This document shows, piece after piece, positions 48,401 through 63,002 of a DNA stretch of 64,000 nucleotides. How positions within the stretch are numbered: position 1 is the first letter of the stretch; each line of letters begins with the position of its first letter. The stretch spans positions 3,038,001 to 3,102,000 of the forward strand of contig NC_090343.1 of NCBI RefSeq assembly GCF_035084215.1, in the 5' to 3' direction. Below the pieces are notes generated by a model. The model ran no database searches. It saw only the letters and a list, made by a program, of their open reading frames with translations, and was not told where the DNA came from. Source of the stretch: Heptranchias perlo. Taxonomy: Eukaryota. Both the position numbers and the translations under genes were made by a program.

Positions 48401-49215
48401 CGAATGCTTTGTGCATTCCGATAAAGCGCCTTTAATTTTAATTTTTTACCATTTTTCCCTGCTTTGACCTTATTCGCTGATGCGCTATTACCATTAAACT
48501 CTCTGTCCTGTCCTGCCACACTCTGCTTATCTTTACCCAAATCACTACACTGATCTGTTGCCTTGACTTTTCTCTTTAGATTTCTAAATTTCCCCTCACC
48601 TGATCCCTTCTCCCCCACTTTTTAGTTTAAAGCCCTATCTACAGCCCTAGTTATTCGATTCGCCAGGACACTGGTCCCAGCCCGGTTTAAGTGGAGCCCG
48701 TCCCAACGGAACAGCTCCCTCTTTCCCCAGTCCTGGTGCCACTGCCCCATGAATTGTAACCCCTGTCTCCCACACCACTCTTTGAGCCACACATTTAACT
48801 CTCTGATCTGTTTGACCCTATGTCAATTTGCGTGTGGCTCAGGTAGTAATCCAGAGATTATTACCTTTGAGGTTCTGCTTATTAATTTGGACCCTCGCTC
48901 CTCGAACTCCCTCAGCAGAATCTCATTCCTAGTTCAACCTGTCTCGTTGGTTCCTACGTGACCCACGACAACTGGATCCTCCCCCTCATGCTCCAAGTTC
49001 TTTTCCAGCCGCGAGGAGATGTCCTTAACCCTGGCACCGGGCAGGCAACACAGCCTTCGGGACTCTCGGTCGTGGCTGCAGAGAACAGTATCTATCCCCC
49101 TGACTATACTGTCCCCCAAGACTACCACATTCCTTTTTACTCCCCCCACTTCAGTGGCCTCCTGTACCACGGTACCATGGTCAGTTTACCCATCCTCCCT
49201 GCAGGCATTGCTCTA
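45405..49215 (-). mobile_element. Second near-full-length decayed CR1 LINE (ORF1 esterase part, EN, RT, 3' UTR) in MRGBP intron 1, with a nested short CR1 3' piece (~45726-45847)
   Basis: VVVLGDSIVRG, HVGTN; NAQSIRNKID, SDHN; PGPDG, YLDFQKAFDKV, PQGSVLGP, KFADD; fragmented by stops. Confidence 0.93.
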
Positions 49216-50589
49216 ACGTACGTTAGAGTGGGCTCCTATTCCCAAAGGTAGCTGAGACAACAGATCCAATGACTTCAGGAAGATACACAGATGCCTGACT
49301 TACTGTAATGTCGTTAATACTTCTGCGTAAGGTGCCCAATTACAGTATGCCATGCTTTCAGTGGCACTCTAGTGAAAGAGGGCACGACCAGCGTACGTTG
49401 ATCGGCCACACCTGCCTCCAATCATACCTCTGCCCGACCTGACACACCCCCCTGGCAATGACGATAGGGAAATGGGTCATCAGGAGGCAGGTGCAGAACA
49501 GTGCCATCTGCTGCAAGGGCAACCGCAGCTACCATGCAGCACAGGGTTGGCAGAGTGACAGCAATGGCCAAGTTGTGATCCGTACCTCGACCCCACCACC
49601 TGCCAGCCAGGCTGACCCACGAGGGTGGCGTTGTGGAGTGGCACAGAAGGCAACACTCCTTATGCAGCACCAACTGCTCCTTAGCAGCCAGTGCTGGGCT
49701 GCTCCTCGCTCGCGTACACACTCACACCTGCACCGTGGGTTTTCCTTTCCGTTCACTCCTCCCCCTCAGTCTTTCGCTCTTCTCCTCCCTTCTGCCCTGG
49801 AAAAGGCTGCCCCGTGGGTGGAAAGAATCTTTGTCGCCCAATCCCTTCAACTGTCTCCAGCCCTCGTTTCATCCACACACAATTTTCCACTGCCAGTGCG
49901 CTGTCCAAATCTGCACCTGGAGCAGGGAATCATTATGATAACGTGGTAACTGTGCAAAGCTGGGCACAAGCTTCCCATAGGGGAAAAATGAGGAAATACA
50001 GGGCGAGAATACTGAGCGCTGCTAGGAGAGAGTGACCCCAATCCCAGGGATTCAATACCCACACAGACACCAGCCCCCATTCCTGGGAATCCAATACCAC
50101 TCATCATTGACGGAATAGAGCGGGATGGTGAGAAGACTACAATGTGTGGAGAATTGGCAGAACAATCGCCTTCCAATGTGATGAAGTGGCTCAGAAGGAG
50201 GAAAGGATAAGGTCAAAGGTAGAAGGCTCAACCTGGCCTCACTCTTTCAGTCAGGGTGGGACCCCGTGGGGCTCCTGCCGGGACTGGGCTCCAGATGTGC
50301 CGGCGAAGAATGATGTAAATCCAGGAGGTTACTTCAAACTAAACTGTGAAGGTTTGGGGCAGAGCCACGGGTTCAGACCAGGTAAAGGACAGGGTGAGGG
50401 CTGAGGGGAGGGAGCTCTTCACACACACACACACACACACAGATGGACATTCGGAATGGGGCTGGGCGGCATGGCCATGTGGGGATTGCAGGATGTCGCG
50501 CGATGGGCAGAACGGCCTCCATCCTCTGTAATTACCCTGTGATCGGGAGAGGGGACGGGTGGGGAGTGATGGAGAATCTACCCAAGGAA

Positions 50590-51155
50590 TGGGGTCAGTG
50601 TCTGGGGGGAATCCCTGGGGGGTGGGGTCAGAGTCTGGGGGGGAATCGCCGGGGTTGGGGGGGGGGGGGGGGGGTCAGCGTCCAGGGGGTGGGATCCCCG
50701 GGGATGGGGTCAGCGTCCGGGCGGGGGTGTGGACAGTGTCCGGGGGGATGGGGTCAGTGTCCGGGGGGATGGGGTCAGTGTCCGGGGGGATGGGGTCAGT
50801 GTCCGGGGGGATGGGGTCAGTGTCCGGGGGGATGGGGTCAGTGTCCGGGGGATGGGGTCAGTGTCCGGGGGATGGGGTCAGGGGGTGGGGTCAGTGTCTT
50901 GGTGGGGGGGGGTCAGTGTCCGGGGGGATGGGGTCAGTGTCCGAGGGGGGGGCTTCAGTGTCTTGGGGGGGGGGGGGTCAGTGTCTTGGGGGGGGGGGGG
51001 TCAGTGTCTTGGGGGGGGGGGGGTCAGTGTCTTGGGGGGGGGGGGTCAGTGTCTTGGGGGGGGGGGGTCAGTGTCTTGGGGGGGGGGGGGTCAGTGTCTT
51101 GGGGGGGGGGGGGTCAGTGTCTTGGGGGGGGGGGGTCAGTGTCCGAGGGGGGGGT
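50590..51155. repeat. G-rich minisatellite (GGGGTCAGTGTC[C/TT]Gn) at the start of MRGBP intron 1
   Basis: Tandem repeat with long G runs. Confidence 0.9.
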
Positions 51156-51210
51156 TTTGCCTCCGCCCCGCCGCCGGAGTCGCTCTCCCAGATCCGGGCC
51201 CCGAACTCAC

Positions 51211-51343
51211 CCACGGGCTTGTGCCCCAGCATGGCGTGGAAAAGGCAAACCTCCACCTCGGGGGTCCAGGCCACCGTCTCCTCCTCCCGCTCCCGCTCCC
51301 GCTCCCGCTCCTTCTCCGCCGCCGCCGCCTGAATTTCGGCCAT
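51211..51343 (-). CDS. MRGBP: MRGBP exon 1 ([44 protein letters not shown])
   Basis: ATG at 51343 and GTGAGT donor. [19 protein letters not shown] is diagnostic. The five exons total 585 nt, i.e. 194 aa plus stop. Confidence 0.96.
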
Positions 51344-51620
51344 AACCGTCCCGCCGCTCCGAGGCCTGAGGCCCGCCAGGAATCCCAGCGGCCCCCGCGC
51401 TCGCCAGGAATCCCAGCGGCCCCCGCGCTCGCCAGGAATCCCAGCGGCCCCCGCGCCCGCCAGGAATCCCAGCGGCCCCCGCGCTCGCCAGGAATCCCAG
51501 CGGCCCCCGCGCCCGCCAGGAATCCCAGCGGTCCCCGCGCGAAGCAGTTTGGATTGTGACCACCAGAGGGCGGCAGAGCCGCGGTCACTGGAGGCTAAAC
51601 GTCACTCAAGGCGGTGCTTC
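51344..51620 (-). promoter_or_regulatory. MRGBP CpG promoter/5' UTR with six 28-bp repeats (51373-51540) and a CTCF-like motif (TGACCACCAGAGGGCGGCA, ~51557-51575)
   Basis: GC-rich sequence directly upstream of the ATG. The motif matches the CTCF core CCACCAGRGGGCG. Confidence 0.6.
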
Positions 51621-51621
51621 T

Positions 51622-52271
51622 GGGGGTTGCCAACCCTCCAGGACTGGCCTGGAGTCTCCCGGAATTAAAGGACACAGCTGGCAGCAAACTGGAAGAAAAA
51701 GCACAGGGGGAATAAAAAAAAGTGTATTTTTAATTTTCTTTGAACATTTTGGAAGGGTCAAGAACCAGAGGACATATTTAAGGTGATTGGCAAAAGATCC
51801 AAAGGTGAAATGAGGAACAACTTTTTTACACAGCGAGTGGTTGGGATCTGGAATGCACTGCCCGAGGGAGTGGTGGAGGCAGATTCAATCATGGCCTTCA
51901 AAAGGGAACTGGATAAGGACTTGAAAGGAAAAAAATTGCAGGGATAGGGCGGGGGAGTGGGACTAGCTGGATTGCTCTTGCATAGGGCCGGCATGGCCTC
52001 GATGGGCCGAATGTCCTCCTTCCATGCTGTAACCTTTCTATGACATTTGTTTATTAGTTACAACAATATTGGCATTGGGTAAACAGGCTGTTTGCCGGAG
52101 AGTCAAGAATCATCCAACGGGGTAATGAAGAGTCTGTTCACTTTCCAATTGGCTGTGGGGGCAGGGCACCGATGGGGTGGATGTGTCGGGTGACCAATGG
52201 CGGGAGAGTGGAGGCGGGGGGTCATGTGACGAAGCCTCCAGGAATACGTCCAACCAGAGTTGGCGACCCTG
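51622..52271. mobile_element. MITE-like DNA transposon with GGGTTGCCAAC...GTTGGCGACCC termini, interrupted by a CR1 fragment (~51755-52045)
   Basis: Terminal inverted repeats. A second copy lies at 59367-59638. Confidence 0.65.
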
Positions 52272-52929
52272 GCAGTGGAGGCAGATTCAATAGTAACTTT
52301 CAAAAGGGAATTGGATAAATACTTGAAGGGAAAAAATCTGCAGGGTTATGGGGAAAGAGCCGGGGAGTGGGACTAATTGGATAGCTCTTTCAAAGAGCCT
52401 GCACAGGCATGATGGGCTGAACGGCCTCCTCCTGTGCTGTAAGATTTTGTGAACCAAGAGGTCATGAGTTCAAATCCCACCAATTGATTTCAACAAATCT
52501 ATCTAGAAACTTCTCAAAACCCAACTGGTTCACTGATCTCCTTCAGGGAAGGAAACCTGCCGTCCTTACCCGGTCTGGGCCTATACGTGACTCCAGTCCC
52601 CACACTATGTGTTTCACTCTTAACTGCCCTTTGAAGTGAGCCAGCAAACCACTCAGTTGTTGTTTTTTTCGTATCTTCACTCTCTTCCCTTGGAGAACAG
52701 AGTGAGGCAGTGGGAGGATTCTCAGGGTGATTAACAGTCTGACAGGCCGTGACGTGATCGCACCTTCCATGGCCGTAACCATCTTTACACCAGCCAATAG
52801 GGGGGTTAGTCCTGTATGGGGGGGAAGGGTTTTATGGGCTCCCACAACCCATACAATGAGGGGGGGCACCCACGCCCACCGGACACGAGAATCCCGCTGG
52901 ATGTCAACCCAGAATTCAGAGCCACAGCT

Positions 52930-53735
52930 CCGGCCTCCGCTCCCCGGGACTGTCCGGAGCCCTGGTCTCCGCTCCCCGGGGACTGTCCGGAGCTCTGGCC
53001 TCCGCTCCCCGGGACTGTCCGGAGCTCTGGCCTCCGCTCCCCGGGACTGTCCGGAGCTCCGGTCTCCACTCCCCGGGGACTGTCCGGAGCTCTGGCCTCC
53101 GCTCCCCGGGACTGTCCGGAGCTCCGGTCTCCACTCCCCGGGACTGTCCGGAGCTCCGGTCTCTGCTCCCCGGGACTGTCTGGAGCTCCGGTCTCCACTC
53201 CCCGGGCGGGACTGTCTGGAGCTCCGGCATCCCCGGGACTGTCTGGAGCTCCGGTCTCCACTCCCCGGGACTGTCCGGAGCCCCGGTCTCCGCTCCTCGG
53301 GACTGTCCGGAGCCCCGGTCTCCGCTCCCCGGGACTGTCCGGAGCTCCGGTCTCCGGTCTCCGCTCCCCGGGACTGTCCGGAGCTCCAGTCTCCGCTCCC
53401 CGGGACTGTCCGGAGCTCCGGTCTCCGCTCCCCGGGACTGTCCGGAGCTCCGGTCTCCGCTCCCCGGGACTGTCCGGAGCTCCGGTCTCCGCTCCCCGGG
53501 ACTGTCCGGAGCTCCGGTCTCCGCTGCCCGGGACTGTCCGGAGCTCCGGTCTCCGCTCCCCGGGACTGTCCGGAGCTCCGGTCTCCGCTCCCCGGGACTG
53601 TCCGGAGCTCCGGTCTCCGCTCCCCGGGACTGTCCGGAGCTCCGGTCTCCGCTCCCCGGGACTGTCCGGAGCTCCGGTCTCCGCTCCCCGGGACTGTCCG
53701 GAGCTCCGGTCTCCACTCCCCGGGACTGTCTGGAG
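52930..53735. repeat. 32-bp minisatellite (CCCCGGGACTGTCCGGAGCTCCGGTCTCCGCT)n, ~25 copies, expanded just 3' of a minus-strand SINE head (53735-53795)
   Basis: Tandem repeat. The adjacent CTTAGTGG...GAGTCAGAAG..GTTCAAACCC is a tRNA-like head. Confidence 0.92.
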
Positions 53736-53834
53736 CACGGGGTTTGAACTTTGCATCTTCTGACTCAGAGGCAGGAATGGCTGCCACTAAGCAAAAGGCT
53801 GGCTCCCAGACCACTCGATTGTAAGCAGGACACC

Positions 53835-54230
53835 GACAACAACAACTTGCATTTATATAGCGCCTTTAACATAGTAAAACGTTCCAAGGCGCTTCACAGG
53901 AGCGATTATCAGGCAAAATTTAACACCGAGCCACATAAGGAGATATTAGGACAGGTGACCAAAAGCTTGGTCAAAGAGGTAGGTTTTAAGGAGCGTCTTA
54001 AAGGAGAGAGAGGTGGAGAGACGGAGAGGTTTAGGGAGGGAATTCCAGAGCTTTGGGCCAAGGCAGCTGAAGGCACGGCCATCAATGGTGGAGAGATTAA
54101 AATAGAGGATGCGCGAGAGGCCAGAATTGGAGGAGCGCAGAGACCTTGGAGGGTTGTAGGGCTGGAGGAGGTTACAGAGATAGGGAGGGGGGCGAGGCCA
54201 CGGAGGGATTGGAAAACAAGGATGAGGACA
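53835..54230 (-). mobile_element. L2 LINE 3' fragment
   Basis: RAFSCLGPKLWNSLP...FKTLLKTYLF and (GTT)n tail. Confidence 0.85.
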
Positions 54231-55189
54231 ACTAGGAACGGCGATAAATGCAGATTTGCCCACATCCCGAAAACAAAACTCAATTTAAAAAAGCAATCGT
54301 TCACCCCCACCCTGAGGGACAGAGAGATTATTTGGAGGTAAAGCAAGAGCTGAATTGGCAGTGTCACATTTCAAAACAGCTGCTTCTCCTAGAAACAGGT
54401 CAAGTGGTGATCACATGTACAGGGTAATGCGAGGCCCTGACACTGAAACCCTCACTGAGAGCCGGCACTCAGCTCAATCCACACATTTCCCTGATTAAGA
54501 AATTAATTCCCTGCAACTAAATCCAGGATGGAGAGCAGCCAGTGAGAGAGAAGGATTTCACGCAGCAGCTCCCTGGCACTGCAGACCTGCCCTCAGCCCC
54601 ACCACCCTGAGCCACAATCGTTTCTATCTCACTCACTTGTGCCACTGCACAGAAAGGGAGGCCATTCTGCCCATCGAGCCTGGGCCGGCTCTTTGAAGAA
54701 ACGATTCAATTCGTCCCACTTAGTGACGCATTGATATATTTCTATGATGTGAACAAATTTTAGGAAGGGGAATTGGATAAACACTTGAAAAGGAGAAATT
54801 TGCAGGACTGTGGGGAACGAACAGGGGGAGTGGTACTAATGGGATAGCTCTTTCAAAGAGCCGGCACAGGCATGATGGGCCGAATGGCCTCCTTCTGTGC
54901 TGTATGATTGTATTATTCTATTGTCAATACACTCACACCAAGGCCATGCAGTAAGAATAATTAATGTGCAAGGAAGCAAAATGAAAAACACTTTAAAAAT
55001 AGAAATCTAAAAATAAAAATAAAATGGTTGGTGGCCATGGTCTTGTGAGGATCTGATTGGTCCATGCTGCCATGTGATTAGAACACACCAATGCTGGCAT
55101 CTGATAGGCTCACTAATCTATTACACCCACAGGATCACGTACATAGATTCTCTGTGTTAATATAATTCATAACATGAAACATACACAGA

Positions 55190-56732
55190 ATATACACAGA
55201 GACTACTATTCCCTTAAATATACACAGGAGCTGCTAACTACAATATACACAGGGGCTGCTATTCTCCATAATATACACAGGGGCTGCTATTCTCCATAAT
55301 ATACACAGGCGCACTATTCTCTGTAATATACACAGGGGCTGCTATTCTCCATAATATACATAGGTGCTACTATTCTCCATAATATACACAGAGGCTGCTA
55401 TTCTCTACAATATACACAGGGGCTGTTATTCTCTACAATATACACAGGAGCTGTTATTCCCTATAATATACACAGGGGCTGCTATTCTCCATAATATACA
55501 CAGGGGCTGCTATTCTCCATAATATACACAGGAGCTGCTATTCTCCATAATATACACAGGGGCTGCTATTCTCCATAATATACACAGGAGCTGCTATTCT
55601 CCATAATATACACAGGGGCTGCTATTCTCTGTAATATACACAGGGGCTGCTATTCTCTGTAATATACACAGGGGCTGCTATTCTCCATAATATACACAGG
55701 AGCTGCTATTCTCTGTAATATAAACAGGGGCTGCTATTCTCCATAATATACACAGGAGCTGCTACTCTCTGTAATATACACAGGGGCTGCTATTCTCCAT
55801 AATATACACAGGAGCTGCTATTCTCTATAATATACACAGGGGCTGCTATTCTCTACAATATACACAGGGGCTGCTATTCTCTACAATATACACAGGGACT
55901 GCTATTCTCTACAATATACACAGGGGCTGCTATTCTCTACAATATACACAGTGGCTGCTATTCTCTATAATATACACAGGGGCTGTTATTCCCTACAATA
56001 TACACAGGAGCTGTTATTTTCTATAATATACACAGGAGCTGTTATTCCCTACAATATACACAGGAGCTGTTATTCCCTACAATATACACAGGAGCTGTTA
56101 TTCCCTACAATATACACAGGAGCTGTTATTTTCTATAATATACACAGAAGCTGCTATTCTCTATAACATACACAGGAGCTGTTATTCTCTATAATATACA
56201 CAGGGGCTGTTATTCCCTACAATATACACAGTTGTTATTATCTATAATACACACAGGGGCTGTTATTCTCTATGACATACACAGGGGCTGTTATTCTCTA
56301 TAATATACACAGGGGCTGTTATTCCCTACAATATACACAGGAGCTGTTATTCCCTACAATATACACAGGAGCTGTTATTTTCTATAATATACACAGGGGC
56401 TGTTATTCCCTACAATATACACAGGAGCTGTTATTCCCTACAATATACACAGGAGCTGTTATTCCCTACAATATACACAGGAGCTGTTATTCCCTACAAT
56501 ATACACAGGAGCTGTTATTCCCTACAATATACACAGGAGCTGTTATTTTCTATAACATACACAGAAGCTGCTATTCTCTATAACATACACAGGAGCTGTT
56601 ATTCTCTATAATATACACAGGAGCTGTTATTCTCTATAATATACACAGGGGCTGTTATTCCCTACAATATACACAGTTGTTATTATCTATAATATACACA
56701 GGAGCTGTTATTCTCTATAATATACACAGGGG
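55190..56732. repeat. 28-bp AT-rich minisatellite (AATATACACAGG[G/A]GCTG[C/T]TATTCTCYAY)n, ~55 copies, between MRGBP and eEF1A
   Basis: Tandem repeat visible. Confidence 0.95.
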
Positions 56733-56899
56733 CATTACTCCCTATAATAGACAGAGTGTGTTATACTCTCTCTTGCTCCCTCTGTGCCCCCTCTCTCCTT
56801 TCCCTCTCATACCTGCTCCTCACCCTCTTGCCCCCTCTCTCTTTCATTCCCTCCATCCATGCCCCTCCTTTTTCCCTCTTGCCCCCTCTGCAGTCTCTC

Positions 56900-57065
56900 C
56901 CTCTCTCCGCAGTACCTTATTTTGCTTGCAATACTCTTTACCGCATTGCTGTAGGAGGCGGAGGGCGGTGGCTGCATTGCGCAGCGGCAGCTCAGTGCAG
57001 TACCGCCCTCCCTCCCGCAATAAAAAGCAGCGAGAGGCAGCGCCGGGCCCCTGAAGCAGAGGCAG
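56900..57065 (+). promoter_or_regulatory. Putative promoter/non-coding exon 1 of the eEF1A gene
   Basis: Local GC-rich island ending in a strong donor CAG|GTAAGA (57065/57066), about 930 bp upstream of the coding-exon acceptor. Vertebrate eEF1A genes have a non-coding exon 1. Confidence 0.5.
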
Positions 57066-57239
57066 GTAAGAGAGGGGAAGGAAGGCTGCAATTAAAACGG
57101 GGCAAAACCCAGGGGTCTGGGCAGCAACAAGGGGCAGAATATAATATACAGGATACAGGTCAATAAAAGGGCAGTTATTACAGGGAGAGGGATAGAGAGG
57201 GAGATAGATAGAGAGAGACAGAGAGAAGGGGATAGAGAC

Positions 57240-57450
57240 NNNNNNNNNNNNNNNNNNNNNNNNNNNNNNNNNNNNNNNNNNNNNNNNNNNNNNNNNNNNN
57301 NNNNNNNNNNNNNNNNNNNNNNNNNNNNNNNNNNNNNNNNNNNNNNNNNNNNNNNNNNNNNNNNNNNNNNNNNNNNNNNNNNNNNNNNNNNNNNNNNNNN
57401 NNNNNNNNNNNNNNNNNNNNNNNNNNNNNNNNNNNNNNNNNNNNNNNNNN
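57240..57450. other. Assembly gap (Ns) flanked by GA-rich sequence
   Basis: Run of N. Confidence 1.
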
Positions 57451-57921
57451 GACAGAGAGAAAAGGGTAGCGACACTGAATGCAATAATGACAATACACAG
57501 AGACAGGAAAGATTAGAGTCAGAGAGAGGGAGCTAGAAATAGAGAGAGGAAGAGATGGACGGGGCTGGTGGGGAATTAATGGGGATATAATAGAAAAAAA
57601 TAAATAATCAGAGGGGGAAAATATTACAGACCAAAAAAAGGGGACAAAGTGAAAAATAAAAGTTATTTTTGCATAATTCCCATCAGCGAGAGAATGGAAT
57701 CAGACTGGAATTATATTTAGAACAAGATTCTCTCTTAAATAAAATCAGGGAGCGATCGGCTCCTTTTCATTATTCCCAGGGTCGGGGCTCTGGATCCGGG
57801 AGAGTGAACGGGGAATATTCTATTTAAAATGCATTAATATTCTGTTAGAATAAAGACTGGGCTCATTTTATAAAACATTTCAAGGTTGCAAATGAAAATA
57901 GATTTGGGCAGATTGCTTTGA

Positions 57922-59238
<1,317 letters not shown>

Positions 59239-59366
59239 TAAAATGTATATTAAAAAACTTCTGAACCTTCATTTCCCTTTTATGAAACAGGATCTGTCTT
59301 CGGTTGGAATGAGAGGGCCTTTTTCTAGAAGCGAGCTTGTGGGCCCCACAATTCATGTGCCTGTCT

Positions 59367-59638
59367 AGGGGTTGCCAACCCTCCAGGATTAGCCCTGGAG
59401 TCTCCAGGAATTGGAGATTAATCTCCAGGACACCGCTGGGAGCAAAAACTCGGAGGGAAAAAAAATCACAGGGGCGTTAAAAAAAGACTGTGATTTTTTT
59501 TCGTTTTCATTGAACACCTGAGTTATAAAAATATTGGAGATGGGAGAAAAAAGGCTATTTGACCGATTGGGCCGGTTGGAGACGGGAGGTCATGTGATGA
59601 AACCTCCAGGAATAGGTCCAACCAGTGTTGGCAACCAA
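59367..59638. mobile_element. MITE-like element (second copy of the 51622 family)
   Basis: GGGGTTGCCAACCCTCCAGGA...CTCCAGGAATA.GTCCAACCAG.GTTGGCAACC. Confidence 0.65.
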
Positions 59639-59789
59639 TGCCTGTCACGTACACTGATTGGAATTCTGCCCAGCCCGACAGGCAGCAACAAATAAGGACG
59701 GCAGAGAGCAGCACTATGGATTGGTCACATGGTGTGGTTTGGCAGCTGTCTATGGAATCGACCTGACGATACAAGACTGTCGTATCCAG

Positions 59790-60422
59790 CATGGAGTCCG
59801 TCCTTCAAAAAGGCTTCTCCCCACCTGGTCATTACTTTTGTTACCTCTTAGACTATTCCAACGCTCTCCTGGCTGCCCTCCTGTCTTCCACCCTCTGTAA
59901 ACTTGAGCTCTTCCAAATCTCTGCTGCCTTTTTCCATCTCACACCATGTCCCATTCACCCATCACCCCCTGTGCTCTCTGACCTACATTGGCTCCCGGTC
60001 TGGGAACGCCTCGATTTTAAAATTCTCATCCTTGTTTTCAAATCCCTCCATGGCCTCGCCCCCTCCCTCTCTCTGTAACCTCCTCCAGCCCTACAACCCT
60101 CCGAGATCTCTGCACTCCTCCAATTCTGGCCTCTTGCACAACCCCCTGATTTTAATCGCTCCACCATTGGCGGCCGTGCCTTCAGCTGCCTCGGCCCTAA
60201 GCTCTGGAATTCCCTCCCTAAACCTCTCCGCCTCTCTCTCCTCCTTTAAGATGCTCCTTAAAACCTACCTCTTTGACCGAGCTTTTGGTCACCTGTCCTA
60301 ATATCTCCTTATGTGGCTCGGTGTCAAACTTCTGTTTGATAATCGTTCCTGCGAAGCGCCTTGGGACATCTTACTGCATTAAAGGCGCTATATAAATGCA
60401 AGTTGTTGTTGTTGTCGTCGTC
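59790..60422 (+). mobile_element. L2 LINE 3' fragment
   Basis: LDYSNALLA.L, LHWLPV..RLDFKIL and GCTATATAAATGCAA(GTT)n tail. Confidence 0.85.
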
Positions 60423-60939
60423 GTCCTTGGTTTCCATGGCGACCCATTCCAGGGCCTGTGGCTTTGCTGACTCACAGGGTCGATACTGAAGTCACTGTGA
60501 TTGCTCAAACTTTTTTTGGCTTCAAGTCTCCAGGCATTTTGGATATTTCAGTGATATGAGTGTGAGGTTTAGAGGGGGTTTAATTCAATATATGACCATC
60601 AAACACCTGCTATTGTCTCTTAAGGCTCGTGTTCTCTGCAGTTAACTGTGAATGAAGGGCATTAGAAACCATTCCCATATAACACATTTGTGACCATAAT
60701 TCCACCCACTGTGTTGAGTTTGGATCTCTCTGATAAAGGCTCAGAGTTCCAAGCTCACTGCATTTTATCTTTGTTTAATCGGAAATTCATTTAAAAAAAA
60801 ATCCAGTCAGTGATTCTTTAGATGCAGAGATTGTTAGAGTGTGCAGCGAAAATAAATTGAAATGTCACAGATCGTTCTAGAAACTAAGAGGCACCCACTG
60901 CTATCAGGGAGTCGTGGGAGGTTTGGAGGGAGGAACTTT

Positions 60940-62980
60940 CTTTTAATTATTCGTTCATGGGATGTGGGCGTCACTGGTGAGGCCAGCATTTATTGCCCAT
61001 CCCTAATTGCCTTTGAGAAGGTGGTGGTGAGCCGCCTTCTTGAACCGCTGCAGTCCGTGTGGTGAAGGTTCTCCCACAGTGCTGTTAGGAAGGGAGTTCC
61101 AGGATTTTGACCCAGTGACGATGAAGGAACGGCGATATATTTCCAAGTCGGGATGGTGTGTGACTTGGAGGGGAACGTGCAGGTGGTGTTGTTCCCATGT
61201 ACCTGCTGCTCTTGTCCTTCTAGGTGGTAGAGGTCGCGGGTTTGGGAGGTGCTGTCGAAGAAGCCTTGGCGATTGCTGCAGTGCATCCTGTGGATGGTAC
61301 ACACTGCAGCTACAGTGCGCCGGTGGTGAAGGGAGTGAATGTTTAGGGTGGTGGATGGGGTGCCAATCAAGCGGGCTGCTTTGTCCTGGATGGTGTCAAG
61401 CTTCTTGAGTGTTGTTGGAGCTGCACTCATCCAGGCAAGTGGATTCCATCACACTCCTGATTTGTGCCTTGTAGATGGTGGAAAGGCTTTGGGGAGTCAG
61501 GAGGTGAGTCACTCGCCGCAGAATACCCAGCCTCTGACCTGCTCTAGTAGCCACAGTATTTATATGGCTGGTCCAGTTAAGTTTCTGTTCAATGGTGACC
61601 CCCAGGATGTTGATGTTGGGGGATTCGGTGATGGTAATGCCGTTGAATGTCAAGGGGAGGTGGTTAGACGCTCTCTTGTTGGAGATGGTCATTGCCTGGC
61701 ACTTGTCTGGTGCAAATGTTACTTGCCACTTATCAGCCTAAGCCTGGATGTTGTCCAGGTCTTGCTGCATGCGGGCTCGGACTGCTTCATTATCTGAGGG
61801 GTTGCGAATGGAACTGAACACTGTGCAATCATCAGCGAACATCCCCATTTCTGACCTTATGATGGAGGGAAGGTCATTGATGAAGCAGCTGAAGATGGTT
61901 GGGCCTAGGACACTGCCCTGAGGAACTCCTGCAGCATTGTTCTGGGGCTGAGATGATTGGCCTCCAACAACCACTACCATCTTCCTTTGTACTAGGTATG
62001 ACTCCAGCCACTGGAGAGTTTTCCCCCTGATTCCCATTGACTTCAATTTTACTAGGGCTCCTTGGTGCCACACTCGGTCAAATGCTGCCTTGATGTCAAG
62101 GGCAGTCACTCTCACCTCACCTCTGGAATTCAGCTCTTTAGTCCATGTTTGGACCAAGGCTGTAATGAGGTCTGGAGCCGAGTGGTCCTGGCAGAACCCA
62201 AACTGAGCATCGGTGAGCAGGTTATTGGTGAGTAAGTGCCACTTGATAGCACTGTCGACGACACCTTCCATCACTTTGCTGATGATTGAGAGTAGACTGA
62301 TGGGGCGGTAATTGGCCGGATTGGATTTGTCCTGCGTTTTGTGGACAGGACATACCTGGACAATTTTCCACATTGTCGGGTAGATGCCAGTGTTGTAGCT
62401 GTACTGGAACAGCTTGGCTAGAGGCGCAGCTAGTTCTGGAGCACAAGTCTTCAGCACTACAGCCGGGATGTTGTCGGGGCCCATAGCCTTTGCTGTGTCC
62501 AGTGCACTCAGCCGTTTCTTGATATCACGTGGAGTGAATCGAATTGGCTGAAGATTGGCTTTTGTGATGGTGGGGATATCGGGAGGAGGCCGAGATAGAT
62601 CATCCACTCGGCATTTCTGGCTGAAGACGGTTGCAAACGCTTCAGCCTTGTCTTTTGCACTCACGTGCTAGACTCCGCCATCATTGAGGATGGGGATGTT
62701 TGCAAAGCCTCCTCCTCCCGTTAGTTGTTTAATTGTCCACCACCATTCACGACTGGATGTGGCAGGACTGCAGAGCTTTGATCTGATCCGTTGGTTGTGG
62801 AATCGCTTAGCTCTGTCTATAGCATGTTGCTTCCGCTGTTTAGCATGCATGTAGTCCTGAGTTGCAGCTTCACCAGGTTGGCACCTCATTTTTAGGTACG
62901 CCTGGTGCTGCTCCTGGCATGCTCTTCTACACTCCTCATTGAACCAGGGTTGATCCCCTGGCTTTATTCGAAGAGCCAAG
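60940..62980 (-). mobile_element. 5'-truncated non-LTR retrotransposon (CR1/L2-group, distinct from the CR1 above): RT domain and 3' end
   Basis: QPWFNEEC, KAMGPDNIP, NYRPISLLS, ALDIKAAFDRVWH, GVPQGSVLGP, FADD; a few stops and frameshifts. Confidence 0.93.
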
Positions 62981-63002
62981 GTGCCCTGTGTCTATTTTAC
63001 TA

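Noticed and set aside
49270-50015. Possible decayed Harbinger-type remnant
   Set aside because: Only a vague resemblance; no termini or clear motifs were established.
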